Part shown: one piece after another, positions 1 to 10,150 of the stretch
Position numbering within the stretch: position 1 is the stretch's first letter
Layout of the letters: each line of letters opens with the position of its first letter
Assembly (NCBI GenBank): GCA_963676275.1
Contig: OY781091.1
Span: 658,775-722,774 of the forward strand
Origin: an uncultured Cohaesibacter sp.
GTDB lineage: Bacteria > Pseudomonadota > Alphaproteobacteria > Rhizobiales > Cohaesibacteraceae
Direction of reading: 5' to 3'
Length of the DNA stretch: 64,000 bases
Translations under genes and position numbers: made by a program
The notes under the pieces: model-generated
What the model was told of the DNA's origin: nothing
Database searches by the model: none
Seen by the model: only the letters and a program-made list of their open reading frames with translations

Positions 1-623
1 ATCTCGTCGATGGCACTTTCAAGACGTTCCCGCGCCGCCAGACGGTCTACCGGGGTATCCTTGTAGCCATCGGGAACCCAGATATTGTCAACGCATGGGC
101 TGGAAAGCTCCTGCCCAAACCGGGCGGCAATGGCACGACAGCACTGGCCATGGCGGATCCAGAAATCGCGAATGCCTCTGTCCGGGTGGCTGAGTGTGAG
201 ATTTTCATGCACTCTGGGGTGGGCAAAGAAGGTGGGGTTGAAATCGAGCCCGAGGTCATTCTCTTTGGCCCAATCCACCCAACTGGCAAAATGGCTGTAT
301 TCCAGTTCGTCGCGGGCTGGCCTCTCATCTGTATCCAAATAGCTGGCATGCAGGTTGAGCCGATGGTTGCCGGCAATCTTGCCATAGGCAAATTCCAGAT
401 CCGCACGCAGCTCGGCTACCGTTCTGGCCCGCCCCGGATAGTTGCCGGTGATCTGGATGCCTCCGGCGCTGCCGCCTTCGCTCGCCTCGAAGCCGACCAC
501 GTCATCTCCCTGCCAGCAATGCATGGAAATAGGAATGCCTGCAAGGCTGGTCATGGCGGCTTCGGTATCCAAGCCCCATTCGGCAAAAGCCTCGCGGGCG
601 GCATCATAATCAAGGCGTGTCAT
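1..623 (-). CDS. rhaA: L-rhamnose isomerase, E. coli RhaA type (5' part; runs off the window edge, not in the ORF track)
   Basis: Hand translation from the ATG at 623, which overlaps the rhaB stop (TAATG): MTRLDYDAAREAFAEWGLDTEAAMTSLAGIPISMHCWQGDDVVGFE. ISMHCWQGDDV is the RhaA-family N-terminal signature. Confidence 0.9.
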   Translation of the reverse strand, partial: MTRLDYDAAREAFAEWGLDTEAAMTSLAGIPISMHCWQGDDVVGFEASEGGSAGGIQITGNYPGRARTVAELRADLEFAYGKIAGNHRLNLHASYLDTDERPARDELEYSHFASWVDWAKENDLGLDFNPTFFAHPRVHENLTLSHPDRGIRDFWIRHGQCCRAIAARFGQELSSPCVDNIWVPDGYKDTPVDRLAARERLESAIDE

Positions 624-2119
624 TAGGCCTGTTCCTTCTGTCTGTCGAGCAGCGCGTGGTAGCGCTGACGAATATTTTTCTGAATTTTGCGGGGATGGGG
701 CATATAGCGCGGCAAGTCCTCACTGTTGCGGATGATCTGGCGCCCTTCATCAAGATCGGCAATCCAGCCAAGGCCGATCATTTGCACAATCGCATTGCCA
801 AGCGCGGAGGCCTCAAACGGCCCTGCGATGACGGGACGACCCATAAAATCGGCCACCATCTGGCAGAGCAGGGCATTGCGCCCGCCACCACCCACGATAT
901 GCAGTTCGGGAATGGTCTCTCCCTTGGAAAAATCCTCCAGCACATCGGCAAAATTGAGCGCCAGACTTTCAAAGATGCAGCGGGCCAGCTCGCCCCGGCT
1001 TTCCGGCACAGGCTGCCCGCTTTCCCGGCAGGCAGCCTGAATTTCGCTCACCATCGAAGCGGCACGAAAATAGCGGTCATCCATCGGCTGGATCAGCGAA
1101 CGGCCCGGCTTGGCCTGCTCCGCAGCCTCCACCCATTCGGAAAAATCGCTCTCCGGATCAATCTCCTCGCGGACACGCTGGATCAGCCAGAGACCGGAGA
1201 CATTGCGCAATTGCCGAATGGTGTCGAACACGCCACCTTCGTTGGAAAGGCCATGCCGATAGGCATAATCGGAAAGATCGGGCACCTGTGCCTCGCGCCC
1301 CACAAGCGCCCATGTGCCCAGCGATATGAAATAGGGGCCACGGGTCAGCGAAGGCAGGGCAGCCACGGCCGAGGCCGTGTCATGGGTTCCGCAAAGCACG
1401 ATTTTCGGTGCCTGCCCATTCTCTTCCGAAAGCCCCCATTTGGCGCACCAACTGGCCTTGAGGGGGCCGAGTATCTCGCCCGCATTGCGGATTCGGGGCA
1501 TGACATTCTGGGAAAGCCCGATCTGCTGCAACAGGTCGGGATCCCAGCTCTTGTCATGCACACTGAGCATTTGCGTGGTTGTCGCGTTGGTATATTCGCA
1601 GGACCAGATACCGGACAGCTGGAAATAGACCCAGTCGGGAAACAGCATGAAGCGATCCAGCCGCTGGTAGCTTTCCAGCGGATGATCCTTGAGCGCATAG
1701 AGCTGATAGAGGCTGTTGAGTTCAAGCGACTGGATACCGGTTCGCTCGAACAGGGCGTGATCGCTCAGCGCGGTTGCTTGTGAAAATTTCGGCATGATGC
1801 CCTGGGTGCGTGCGTCGCGATAGCTGACAAATGGCAACAGGGCCACGCCATCGACATCGACCGGCACGAAATCAACCGCCCAGCTGTCCACCCCGATGGA
1901 TGCAATGGAAGGGTCATCGGCAAAGGCCATGGCAATGCCGCTCTCAATGCCGGCCCAGAGATAATCCAGATCCCAGCAGAGGCGACCATCGATCGATTTC
2001 GGGCCATGGGGAAACCGGTTGATTTCCTCCACAGAGAGCTGCCCCTCGGACAGTGAAACCTTGAGTACGCGCCCGGACGATGCGCCCAGATCAACCGCGA
2101 CAACGGCTCTCGAAACCAT
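623..2119 (-). CDS. rhaB: rhamnulokinase (FGGY family)
   Basis: DLGASSGR, GVDSWAVDF, YRDART, ERTGIQ and HDTASA motifs. Start moved to ATG 2119, which follows GGGAGG. Coupled to rhaA. Confidence 0.88.
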   Translation of the reverse strand: MVSRAVVAVDLGASSGRVLKVSLSEGQLSVEEINRFPHGPKSIDGRLCWDLDYLWAGIESGIAMAFADDPSIASIGVDSWAVDFVPVDVDGVALLPFVSYRDARTQGIMPKFSQATALSDHALFERTGIQSLELNSLYQLYALKDHPLESYQRLDRFMLFPDWVYFQLSGIWSCEYTNATTTQMLSVHDKSWDPDLLQQIGLSQNVMPRIRNAGEILGPLKASWCAKWGLSEENGQAPKIVLCGTHDTASAVAALPSLTRGPYFISLGTWALVGREAQVPDLSDYAYRHGLSNEGGVFDTIRQLRNVSGLWLIQRVREEIDPESDFSEWVEAAEQAKPGRSLIQPMDDRYFRAASMVSEIQAACRESGQPVPESRGELARCIFESLALNFADVLEDFSKGETIPELHIVGGGGRNALLCQMVADFMGRPVIAGPFEASALGNAIVQMIGLGWIADLDEGRQIIRNSEDLPRYMPHPRKIQKNIRQRYHALLDRQKEQA

Positions 2120-2833
2120 GATTGCCTCCCACTTGCTCAACGTCTTTTCTGCTCGGGATGATCGGCTGATCAGACGTTGCCCATTTAGTTAGCCACCGCT
2201 TTTCGGTTCCAGACAGGGCAAAAAAGTCCATATTTCGTAGAAGTTTGGCGAAAAATGACCGGTTTTGAAATTAGTCAATATTATTCAGTATCTTATGTAA
2301 ATTATCGACTTAAGTATGAAGTTTCTTGAAGACACAACCATATTTAGAAACAATGGGCGCGCTCCGCATCTTTACGGCTCGGAAAAAGCGGAAATTCCGG
2401 TTGTTATCCGGACGCTGCAAAAGCAGCTTCCAGCCCGCACGCAAAGTCTGATCAACGGCGGTTCAAGGATGATGAAGGCCGTATTCCAGACGGGATTTCG
2501 CCGAGAAGAGTGGGGGCTGAGAGCGCCGATCAATAGGCATGCAGTTACAATATGTTGATCATGATATGAAATGTGGGAGACAGATGCCGCACCCGTGGGG
2601 TAACCGGCGGGACGATTGGTTTCAAGACCATGGTCTGCAAAAAGGCAGCCGGGTGCCTTGCATTGGGCGGCAAGGGCAAGGCCTGCGGTCTTTTCTGGCA
2701 AGATGTCTGGAAATGTTCCGCCTCTTAAAGCTGCAGGTTTGAAAGCGCTGGCAAGACCGGCTGTGCTGTGGAGAAATTGCCGCACCGCCCCTTGTGCTTC
2801 ATGTCTTCACCAGCTGCAGCGCTTCACACGATG

Positions 2834-3781
2834 CTAGGGGCGGGTTAATTGCATTTCTGATGGCGAAGGGGGATTGGCCAGAAAATGCATGATCTTGTTC
2901 TGCACCTCTTTTGGCCGGAGCGTCAGAAATTGGCGACAGTTGCGAGACATGGAACGATAATCGGAAAAACCGGCTGAGATACAGGCTTCTTCGAGCGTTT
3001 GGTCGGGCTGATCCATGAGAAGGTTGAGAAAGGCAATGAAGCGGTTGCAAATGCACATTTCATGCGGCGTCAAACCGGCCATCTCCGGCAGAATGCGCTC
3101 GAAGCTGCGCCATGACAGGGTGTGGCATGTGACGACCTCTTGCAGCTCCTTTCGGCATCTGGCTTGAGCCAGAGCCGGATCGGCAAAAATCTTCAATATC
3201 TTGTTGCGCGCCAATTGCTCGGGATCCGTCAGGGTGAACTCTTCCTGACGCTGATATTGCCGAAGCACCAGCACGAAAAATTCGACCAGATGCGCCATGG
3301 CCGTATATTCCGAATAATCATCAGAACAGAAAGTCTCCACATCAAGAAGATCCGCAAGGCTCTTGAGACGAGCATAAGCGGTATAGTCGGTGAAGAGCTG
3401 GCTATTGCTGGACTGCAGGGCGTGGAAGTCTTCAACAAGGCTTTTCAGTTTGGGGAAATTTTCGATCAAGCGATCATGCACGAAGAAGATATTGAGTAGC
3501 CGCAAGGAATCCACCATCGGATAGGCGTGGGTGTCCTCGGCTCTCAGATAGGTGACATTGCCCGGCAACAGCAACTGGAAGCGGTTGCCCATGAAGGTGA
3601 TGCCATGCCCCTTCATGATATAGGCAACCTCATCAAAGTCATGATTATGCAAGGGAAAATGCGGCTGAGGGTCGCGGCGTGAAATCTGTATCGGCAGCCA
3701 GAGATTATGAAAATAACGCGAGCGCGTAACCTTGATGATCTGGTCGGACAGGGCAATATCCAGTTGCAATGGCGAAAGCAT
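2834..3781 (-). CDS. AraC-family transcriptional regulator (RhaS/RhaR-like, cupin N-terminus)
   Basis: FPLHNHDFDEVAYIMKGHG cupin motif; divergent C-terminal AraC HTH (SAGFSDYRSMSR). Start chosen at ATG 3781 after GAGGAA. Confidence 0.75.
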   Translation of the reverse strand: MLSPLQLDIALSDQIIKVTRSRYFHNLWLPIQISRRDPQPHFPLHNHDFDEVAYIMKGHGITFMGNRFQLLLPGNVTYLRAEDTHAYPMVDSLRLLNIFFVHDRLIENFPKLKSLVEDFHALQSSNSQLFTDYTAYARLKSLADLLDVETFCSDDYSEYTAMAHLVEFFVLVLRQYQRQEEFTLTDPEQLARNKILKIFADPALAQARCRKELQEVVTCHTLSWRSFERILPEMAGLTPHEMCICNRFIAFLNLLMDQPDQTLEEACISAGFSDYRSMSRNCRQFLTLRPKEVQNKIMHFLANPPSPSEMQLTRP

Positions 3782-4139
3782 TTCCTCACCTCGAAGGCGC
3801 GTCTGGCACAAGGCAGAACAGCGCATGCGCAGAGAGGATACGCCTGTTCCAGTGGTCAATTTACGCCACATGGCTGCAAATTCCAACCACTTCTCGACAG
3901 CGTGCCGTCACCGGGTGAGGCATCCATTTCCTCTCCGAATTCCGGCCTCAGCCCATATCAAGGGCAAATCGCCACCATCGCCGGATGGTGCGCGCGGCAT
4001 GCCCGGCCTGCGTCAGACCGGGATGGATGGAATCGTAACATCAACCCGCAAAAGGCCTTTTTTTGGTCATGGCCACCCGTAATTCATTGCGCCTATCATA
4101 TTCTATCGACCTTTGTGTCGACAGAGAGGAGAAATTTCC

Positions 4140-5675
4140 ATGCGCAACACCTGTTTGGCACTGGCGAGCCTTTGCGCGGCCGCCAGCTGGATTTCCATTG
4201 CCCAGGCACAGCAACCGGTCACCTGGGAAGAGGGCGAATTACACACTGTCTCGCTGATTCTGAGTGAACCGATGATGAAAGTGGACGGCGGCTATCACGA
4301 ACTGATCGACGGGCTTTATCTCAAGCCGAAAATGACCGAGGACAAGATCGTCACCGCTCCCTTGCGGGACATTTTCGACGAGCTTGCCGGTTCAATGCGC
4401 GTCGATGGTGACAAGGTGACCTATGCACTCAATGACAAGTCTGTCAGCATGACCCTTGGCAGCCTTGATGCAATGGTTGGCGACAAGGCGGTCAAGGCTC
4501 CCGTGGCGCCGGAGTTGGTGGATGGTGTCATCTATGTGCCCTTCCGCTTTGTCTTCGAGGCGCTGGGAGGCAAATATAGCTGGACCGGTTCCCGCGAGAT
4601 GGCCGAAGTGACCCTGCTGCGCCCCAAGGGAGCCATGTTCAAGGCCCGCAAGGGCAAGATCACGATGAAAACCATTCTTGATCAGGAAGCGGACTGGTAT
4701 GGCTCCGAGGAAGCCAAGGCGGTCGCAACCGGTATCATGGCCAACCAGAATGCCGATGGAGGCTGGTTCAAGCTTTCAAGCTCGAATGATCTTTCCGAGC
4801 CGTTTGATCGTGAGACCTTTCCGACCTATCGCCAGAAATCGACCATCGACAACAATACCACCAGCTATCAGCTGATCGCTCTGGCGCGCATCTACAAGGC
4901 TACCGGAGACGAGGCGCTCAAGGACAGCATCCTCAAGGGGCTCACCTATCTGCTCGATGGCCAATATGAGAATGGCGGCTGGCCGCAATTCTTCCCCGTC
5001 ACCGTCGGCTATCACCGTCACGTGACCTTCAATGACAATGCCATTTCAAATGTATTGGGCGTGCTGGAAGATGTTGCTGACAAAAGAGGCGATTTCGCTT
5101 TTGTCGATGATGCGCTGGCAAAACGCGCCGAGGCAGCCGTGGCAAAGGGCCTGCGTCTCATTCTCGACCGGCAAGTGGTGGTCGATGGCAAGAAAACCGG
5201 CTGGTGCGCCCAGTATAATTTCGAAAGTCTTGCCTGCGAGCGCGGCCGCTCCTATGAGCTTGCCTCCATCTCCGGTGGCGAAAGCGTCAATATCATCGCA
5301 TTCCTGATGAGCATTGCCGAGCCGGACAAGGAAGTCATCGATGCGGTGAATAGCGCGGTAGCCTTCCTCAAGAGCGAGGAAATCAAGGATCGCAAGCTGG
5401 TGCATGTCAAGGATGTATCGCTTGAATTCGGGCAAGACCGGCTGCTGGTCGAAAATCCCGGCAAGAGCGTCTGGCCCCGCTTCATCAATCTTGAAACGCT
5501 CAAACCGCTCTTTTCCAACCGTCAGGGCGAGCGCTTTGATGACTATATGGATGTGAGCTATGAGCGACGCGAGAAATATAGCTGGTATGTAACCGGACCC
5601 GGCAAGCTGTTCAGCAAGCCCTATCCGCAATGGCAGGAGAAATATTCTCCTGACTTCAACGCCCTGTCTGACTAG
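4140..5675 (+). CDS. secreted pectate lyase (PL10/PelA-like) with N-terminal copper-amine-oxidase-N-like domain
   Basis: Signal peptide ending AQA. APELVDGVIYVPFRFVFEALGG resembles Cu_amine_oxidN1. PL10 motifs: QNADGGW, STIDN, QYENGGWPQF, TFND, WCAQY, RSYE, WPRF. Confidence 0.82.
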   Translation: MRNTCLALASLCAAASWISIAQAQQPVTWEEGELHTVSLILSEPMMKVDGGYHELIDGLYLKPKMTEDKIVTAPLRDIFDELAGSMRVDGDKVTYALNDKSVSMTLGSLDAMVGDKAVKAPVAPELVDGVIYVPFRFVFEALGGKYSWTGSREMAEVTLLRPKGAMFKARKGKITMKTILDQEADWYGSEEAKAVATGIMANQNADGGWFKLSSSNDLSEPFDRETFPTYRQKSTIDNNTTSYQLIALARIYKATGDEALKDSILKGLTYLLDGQYENGGWPQFFPVTVGYHRHVTFNDNAISNVLGVLEDVADKRGDFAFVDDALAKRAEAAVAKGLRLILDRQVVVDGKKTGWCAQYNFESLACERGRSYELASISGGESVNIIAFLMSIAEPDKEVIDAVNSAVAFLKSEEIKDRKLVHVKDVSLEFGQDRLLVENPGKSVWPRFINLETLKPLFSNRQGERFDDYMDVSYERREKYSWYVTGPGKLFSKPYPQWQEKYSPDFNALSD

Positions 5676-5824
5676 CCCGGGCGTAATATCCAGACGGGGC
5701 GCAGCCTTAGGCCGCTTTTTGAGAGGCTTTTTCTGCCGCTCTTGCCAGCTGCCATTGGCGCGCCCCGTTCCAGCTTCATCCAACCCAGATCCTGGCAATG
5801 AGCTTCAAGATCCGATTGTACCCC

Positions 5825-6343
5825 TTACGCGCCCTTTGCGGTGCGGGCAGCGACCACAAGGCCGGTGAGCCATTCCTGATGGCCATTGATCATCGGGTTG
5901 GGAACGGCTGCGGCCATTTCCCTCGCCGGAGCGCCATTCTGGGTTTCCTGCGTGAGAATGCGTACCCGGCCATCGGCGAGATCCTCAATCAGCCAGGCAT
6001 GATGAACGTCAAGGCGCTCTGCCGTGCCTTCTTCTCCGGACCATCCATGCCAGGCAATGCGCGCTGGCTGGCCTTTGATCGGGGCGATGCATTCGACAAT
6101 GCGTGCCGGTACGGGAAAGCCGAAAGTGCGGAAGAAGAAGCTGTCGCCCAACGCCAGTTCCGGGCCCTTGCCTTCGTAAATCTCCACATCGGACGCATTG
6201 GCATAATAGTCTGGCCAATGGCTAGGGATCGCCAGAAAGGGCCAGATGTCCGCGCTCGAAAGTCCGCTGACAATCACTTCGTTGGAGCAGAAATTATCCG
6301 TAAAGCCGGGCACATAGCCCTCGGGCCAAAGGATGGAATGCAT
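5825..6343 (-). CDS. SRPBCC/polyketide-cyclase-like protein
   Basis: 172 aa; WPDYYANA, RIAWHGW, HAWLIE and QETQNG fit the START/Bet v1 fold; divergent from a LysR gene. Confidence 0.7.
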   Translation of the reverse strand: MHSILWPEGYVPGFTDNFCSNEVIVSGLSSADIWPFLAIPSHWPDYYANASDVEIYEGKGPELALGDSFFFRTFGFPVPARIVECIAPIKGQPARIAWHGWSGEEGTAERLDVHHAWLIEDLADGRVRILTQETQNGAPAREMAAAVPNPMINGHQEWLTGLVVAARTAKGA

Positions 6344-6432
6344 ATGTTTTTCTCCTGATTTGCGGGTCTGCTGGAGATATCGGGCAATATGGCATATAAT
6401 TCAAATCGCATTTTCTTACATGAGATATAACG

Positions 6433-7326
6433 ATGGCTAATATCAAAACTTTCGACCTCAATCTGCTGCCGGTCATGGATGCCCTGCTGGAGACCCGCTC
6501 GGTGAGCAAGGCGGCAGAGCGGCTTGGCGTTACACAGCCCGCAGTGAGCGGCATGCTGGCGCGCCTGCGGGACAGTCTTGATGATCCATTGTTTGTTCGC
6601 ACCCAGCGCGGCATTCTGCCAACGCCTCGCGCCGAGGCACTGGCCGCTTCCATCAAGACGGCGTTGGATGCGGTGGAGAATATCCTGCAAGAGCAGAGTT
6701 TTTCGCCCTCACAGGCCGCCTTCACATTGCGTATTGCTGCGACGGACTATGCACAAAGAGCGTTGCTTTTGCCCTTTCTTCGGCTGTTGCATGACGAAGC
6801 GCCCGGTATCCGCCTGTCGGTCTGCCCGGTCGCTCCGGATTTTGCGCGTCAATTGGCTGAAGGCTTGCTGGATATGGCGCTGGTAACGCCGGAAATGGCA
6901 CCGGAAAATCTGATGACACGGCGATTGTTTGACGAGACTTATGTGACCATCGCCAGAACCGATCATCCGCAGCGGCAGCGGCTTGATGATCTCGATGTCT
7001 TCTGTGGGCTCGATCACGCCATCATGTCCCATGACGGTACGGCCTTTTCCGGCAGCACCGATGAAGCGCTGGCCCATCTTCAGCGCCAAAGACGGGTGGT
7101 GGCCTCGGTGCCCAATTTCACCATTCTGATGGATCTGATCCGCCAATCCGATTTCATCGCCCTTGTGCCGCAAAGGCTGGTTGCCAACGAAGAGGGGCTT
7201 TTTATCGCGCCACCTCCCGTTGCCGTCAGGGGATTTCAAAAGATGCTTGTCTGGCATGAGCGCCTGCATCATGCCCCGGCGCAGAAATGGCTGCGGCAAA
7301 AACTGGCCGAGGTTGCCGGTTGCTGA
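6433..7326 (+). CDS. LysR-family transcriptional regulator
   Basis: FDLNLL...SVSKAAERLGVTQPAVSGMLARLR HTH plus substrate-binding domain. Confidence 0.92.
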   Translation: MANIKTFDLNLLPVMDALLETRSVSKAAERLGVTQPAVSGMLARLRDSLDDPLFVRTQRGILPTPRAEALAASIKTALDAVENILQEQSFSPSQAAFTLRIAATDYAQRALLLPFLRLLHDEAPGIRLSVCPVAPDFARQLAEGLLDMALVTPEMAPENLMTRRLFDETYVTIARTDHPQRQRLDDLDVFCGLDHAIMSHDGTAFSGSTDEALAHLQRQRRVVASVPNFTILMDLIRQSDFIALVPQRLVANEEGLFIAPPPVAVRGFQKMLVWHERLHHAPAQKWLRQKLAEVAGC

Positions 7327-7373
7327 TCCCATGGCTGTCTTTCAAGCCATGGGACGTCATCACAAGATCAATT

Positions 7374-8486
7374 TCAGGCTTTCTTCTCACCGGTCAGAAA
7401 GCTGGGCCAGTCGATATAGCCCCTTGCGTCGCCGCCATAATAGCGCGCCGGATCAGGGGCTTGCAGCGGCCAGTCGTGACGCATCCGCTCCACCAGATCG
7501 GGATTGGCGATGAAAGGCACGCCAAAGGCGGCGATATCAATCAGACCCTCGGCAAGCATTGCGTTGGCTTTCTGCGCCGTCATGCCACCCGCGAGGATGA
7601 GGATGCCGTCAAAGGCCTTGCGGAATTTGGCAAGGAACCCCTCCGGCATCGCAGGCGCACCGCGGCTGGCCTGATCCATGATATGGACATAGGCAACCGA
7701 GCGTTTGCCAAGTTCGGCAGCAAGCGTGAGGAAGGTTTCCTCCTCATCGGCGAAATCACCCAGCTCATGCAGACGGCCAAAAGGCGACAGGCGGATGCCA
7801 ACCCTGTCGGCTCCGATCCGTGCGATGCAGGCGTCAACCACTTCGAGCGCAAAGCGGATGCGATTGTCGATAGACTGGCTGCCATAGCAGTCTGTCCGGT
7901 CATTCACCGCGCCGTTGAGAAATTGCTCGACCAGATAGCCATTCGCACCATGAATTTCCACCCCGTCAAAACCTGCCGCAACCGCATTGGCGGCAGCTTG
8001 GGCGAAGTCTTCCACCACTGGCGCAATCTCGTCAGTTGCCAGCGCATGGGGTTGGGAGGCCGGGACAAATCCGGGGGTGCCCTCTGGAGTGATGCCGAAA
8101 GCGGAGGATTTGACGGCCTGCTGTCCGGTGGCACTCACCGGCGCTTTGCCGCCGGGCTGAAGCGATGTGTGACTGATCCGGCCAACATGCCAGATCTGGG
8201 TGAAGATCGCCGCGCCCTGGTCATGGGCCGCTTCGGTCACTGGTTGCCAGGCGGCAATCTGCTCCCCAGACCATAGGCCCGGACAGCCGACAAAGCCGGA
8301 CCCTTGCGCAGAAATGACCGTGCCTTCGGTAACGATCAGACCCGCGCCAGCCCGCTGGGCATAATAGCGGGCGGTCTGTGCGGTCGGGATATTGTTCGGG
8401 CTGCGGGCGCGGGTCATCGGCGCCATTGCGACCCTGTTCTTCAGTTTCAGCCCTTTCAGGGCTACAGCGTCAAACAGATTTGTCAT
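7374..8486 (-). CDS. old-yellow-enzyme alkene reductase (NemA-like)
   Basis: MAPMTRAR, FDGVEIHGANGYL, RTDCYGS, FIANPDLV and YGG...GYIDWP motifs. Confidence 0.9.
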   Translation of the reverse strand: MTNLFDAVALKGLKLKNRVAMAPMTRARSPNNIPTAQTARYYAQRAGAGLIVTEGTVISAQGSGFVGCPGLWSGEQIAAWQPVTEAAHDQGAAIFTQIWHVGRISHTSLQPGGKAPVSATGQQAVKSSAFGITPEGTPGFVPASQPHALATDEIAPVVEDFAQAAANAVAAGFDGVEIHGANGYLVEQFLNGAVNDRTDCYGSQSIDNRIRFALEVVDACIARIGADRVGIRLSPFGRLHELGDFADEEETFLTLAAELGKRSVAYVHIMDQASRGAPAMPEGFLAKFRKAFDGILILAGGMTAQKANAMLAEGLIDIAAFGVPFIANPDLVERMRHDWPLQAPDPARYYGGDARGYIDWPSFLTGEKKA

Positions 8487-8494
8487 TTTGATCC

Positions 8495-8995
8495 TCAATC
8501 ATAGGCACCGGCAGAATAGGTCAGCTCGTAGCTGTGGGAATAGAGCTCGAAGACGATGCCAAACGGATCTTCGACATAGACCATACGGTAAGGCTTCTTG
8601 CCAGGATAATAGCTGCGCACGGGCATGCGCTGTTTGCCGCCAGCGGCAACGATCCGCGCCAGCAGATCCTCCACATCGGGAGCCTGAATGGCGAAATGGA
8701 ACAGCCCGACCTGCCGATAGGGAAGATTATTCTCGGGCTTGTAGGCGTTCGGGAATTCGAACAGTTCGAAACCGATGCGGTCGGCCGTCGAGAGATGGGC
8801 AATGCGGAATTTGCCCCAGCCGGCCCCGAATACGTCATCGCACATGATGCCGATATCGCTGTCATCCTGACTGATCTCTGTCGGCTCCATGATGACATAA
8901 AAGCCCATCACATCACGATAGAAGGCAACGGCGGCCTCAAGGTCGGGTACGGAAAGGCCAATATGGGAGAAGGTTCGTGGAATTGTCTGTGTCAT
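8495..8995 (-). CDS. VOC/glyoxalase (lactoylglutathione lyase family) protein
   Basis: Only the C-terminal 166 aa of ORF 8495..9676 look real: FSHIGLSVPDLEAAVAFY...FELFEF...FHFAIQ...DPFGIVFELY. Confidence 0.8.
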   Translation of the reverse strand: MTQTIPRTFSHIGLSVPDLEAAVAFYRDVMGFYVIMEPTEISQDDSDIGIMCDDVFGAGWGKFRIAHLSTADRIGFELFEFPNAYKPENNLPYRQVGLFHFAIQAPDVEDLLARIVAAGGKQRMPVRSYYPGKKPYRMVYVEDPFGIVFELYSHSYELTYSAGAYD

Positions 8996-9088
8996 GGGAC
9001 GCTCCTTGCTGGATGTCCGGAATATGGGGTGACAAATCTCACTCATCAAATTATCATTCATCCTCAAAATCATAACGAAATGGAATGA

Positions 9089-9973
9089 TTGATGCTGAAT
9101 GCAATCTGGCTGGACACCTTTGTTGCGCTTTGTGAGGCGGGGCATTTCACCCGCGCAGCTGCCGCGCTGAACATGACCCAGCCGGGGGTGAGCCAGCATG
9201 TCAGGAAGCTTGAGGCGCAAGTGGGCCAGCCGCTTCTTGCCCGCGATGGCAAGAGCTTTACCCTGACGCCCGCCGGAGACTATCTGCTGGCCATTGGTCG
9301 CCGTCGCCGGGGCGAGGAGCGAGAGTTGCGCCACGCTCTTGGTTTTGACGATCCGGATGTAGGCAAAGTGTCGGTTGCCTGTTCGGGCACCATGGCTCTG
9401 TTGCTCTATCCGCGCTTTCTTGACCTGATGACCACCGCCCGCTCGCTGGAGATCATGCTGGAGGCCACCCCAGAGGCGAACATTTTCACTGGTGTGATCG
9501 AGGGGCGGTTTGACATGGGCATCGTCACCCATGCGCCGGTCCATTCGCGGCTTGAAGGGGAAAGTGTCGGACAGGACGAATTGTGCCTGCTGCTGCCAAA
9601 GGACCATCCTGTGCCGGAAAGCCAGAAGGCGCTTGATGCCCTGGGTTTCATTGCCCACCCTGATGGCCTCACCCATGCTGACGAATTGCTCGGTGCCAAT
9701 TTCGACGATTATCCCGGTGTGGAACAGATCGTCCGCCGCAGCTTCATCAACCAGATCGGCCAGATTCCCGATCCGGTCGCACGGGGGCTGGGTTATACCA
9801 TCCTGCCGCGCAGTGGCATTTCAGCTTATGCCCATCATGACCAAGTGACCATCGCCGCACTTCCCAATGTCGTTAGCCATGATCTATGGCTGATCAAGCG
9901 CCGCAAGCGCGTCCTGCCAGCCCGCAGCCTGCGTATTCAGAAAGAAATCAAAGCGATTTTGCAAGAACTCTAG
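9089..9973 (+). CDS. LysR-family transcriptional regulator
   Basis: HFTRAAAALNMTQPGVSQHVRKLE HTH; divergent from the VOC-OYE pair. Confidence 0.9.
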   Translation: MMLNAIWLDTFVALCEAGHFTRAAAALNMTQPGVSQHVRKLEAQVGQPLLARDGKSFTLTPAGDYLLAIGRRRRGEERELRHALGFDDPDVGKVSVACSGTMALLLYPRFLDLMTTARSLEIMLEATPEANIFTGVIEGRFDMGIVTHAPVHSRLEGESVGQDELCLLLPKDHPVPESQKALDALGFIAHPDGLTHADELLGANFDDYPGVEQIVRRSFINQIGQIPDPVARGLGYTILPRSGISAYAHHDQVTIAALPNVVSHDLWLIKRRKRVLPARSLRIQKEIKAILQEL

Positions 9974-10102
9974 CGATTGACGGGCGCAAAGCTGATCAGG
10001 AGACGCTGAACGAGAGACGCCGAACAAGAGATCATGTCACGGGGGCGGGTAAAGGTGGTGGCCGCGCTCGATCTGCCAACATCCAGATCCAAATATGAAT
10101 AA

Positions 10103-10128
10103 GGCCTGCGATCCCGTGATCGCAGGCC
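10103..10128. terminator. hairpin between convergent LysR and hydrolase genes
   Basis: Perfect 11-bp stem GGCCTGCGATC-ccgt-GATCGCAGGCC. Confidence 0.6.
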
Positions 10129-10150
10129 CCTGTCTGTTGATGAGAGGCAA

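Noticed and set aside
617-1783. 388-aa plus-strand ORF
   Set aside because: Antisense shadow of rhaB, with no motifs. The same applies to the other long antisense ORFs (for example 15133-16218, 25024-26211, 43349-44554, 48778-50247, 61587-63248), as expected in high-GC coding DNA.
2560-2830. Possible riboswitch (for example cobalamin) in the long intergenic region
   Set aside because: No conserved B12-box or other riboswitch core motifs could be identified.
8996-9676. N-terminal 227 aa of ORF 8495..9676, a possible fusion to the VOC domain
   Set aside because: Overlaps the LysR gene on the opposite strand; the VOC domain has its own start at 8995.
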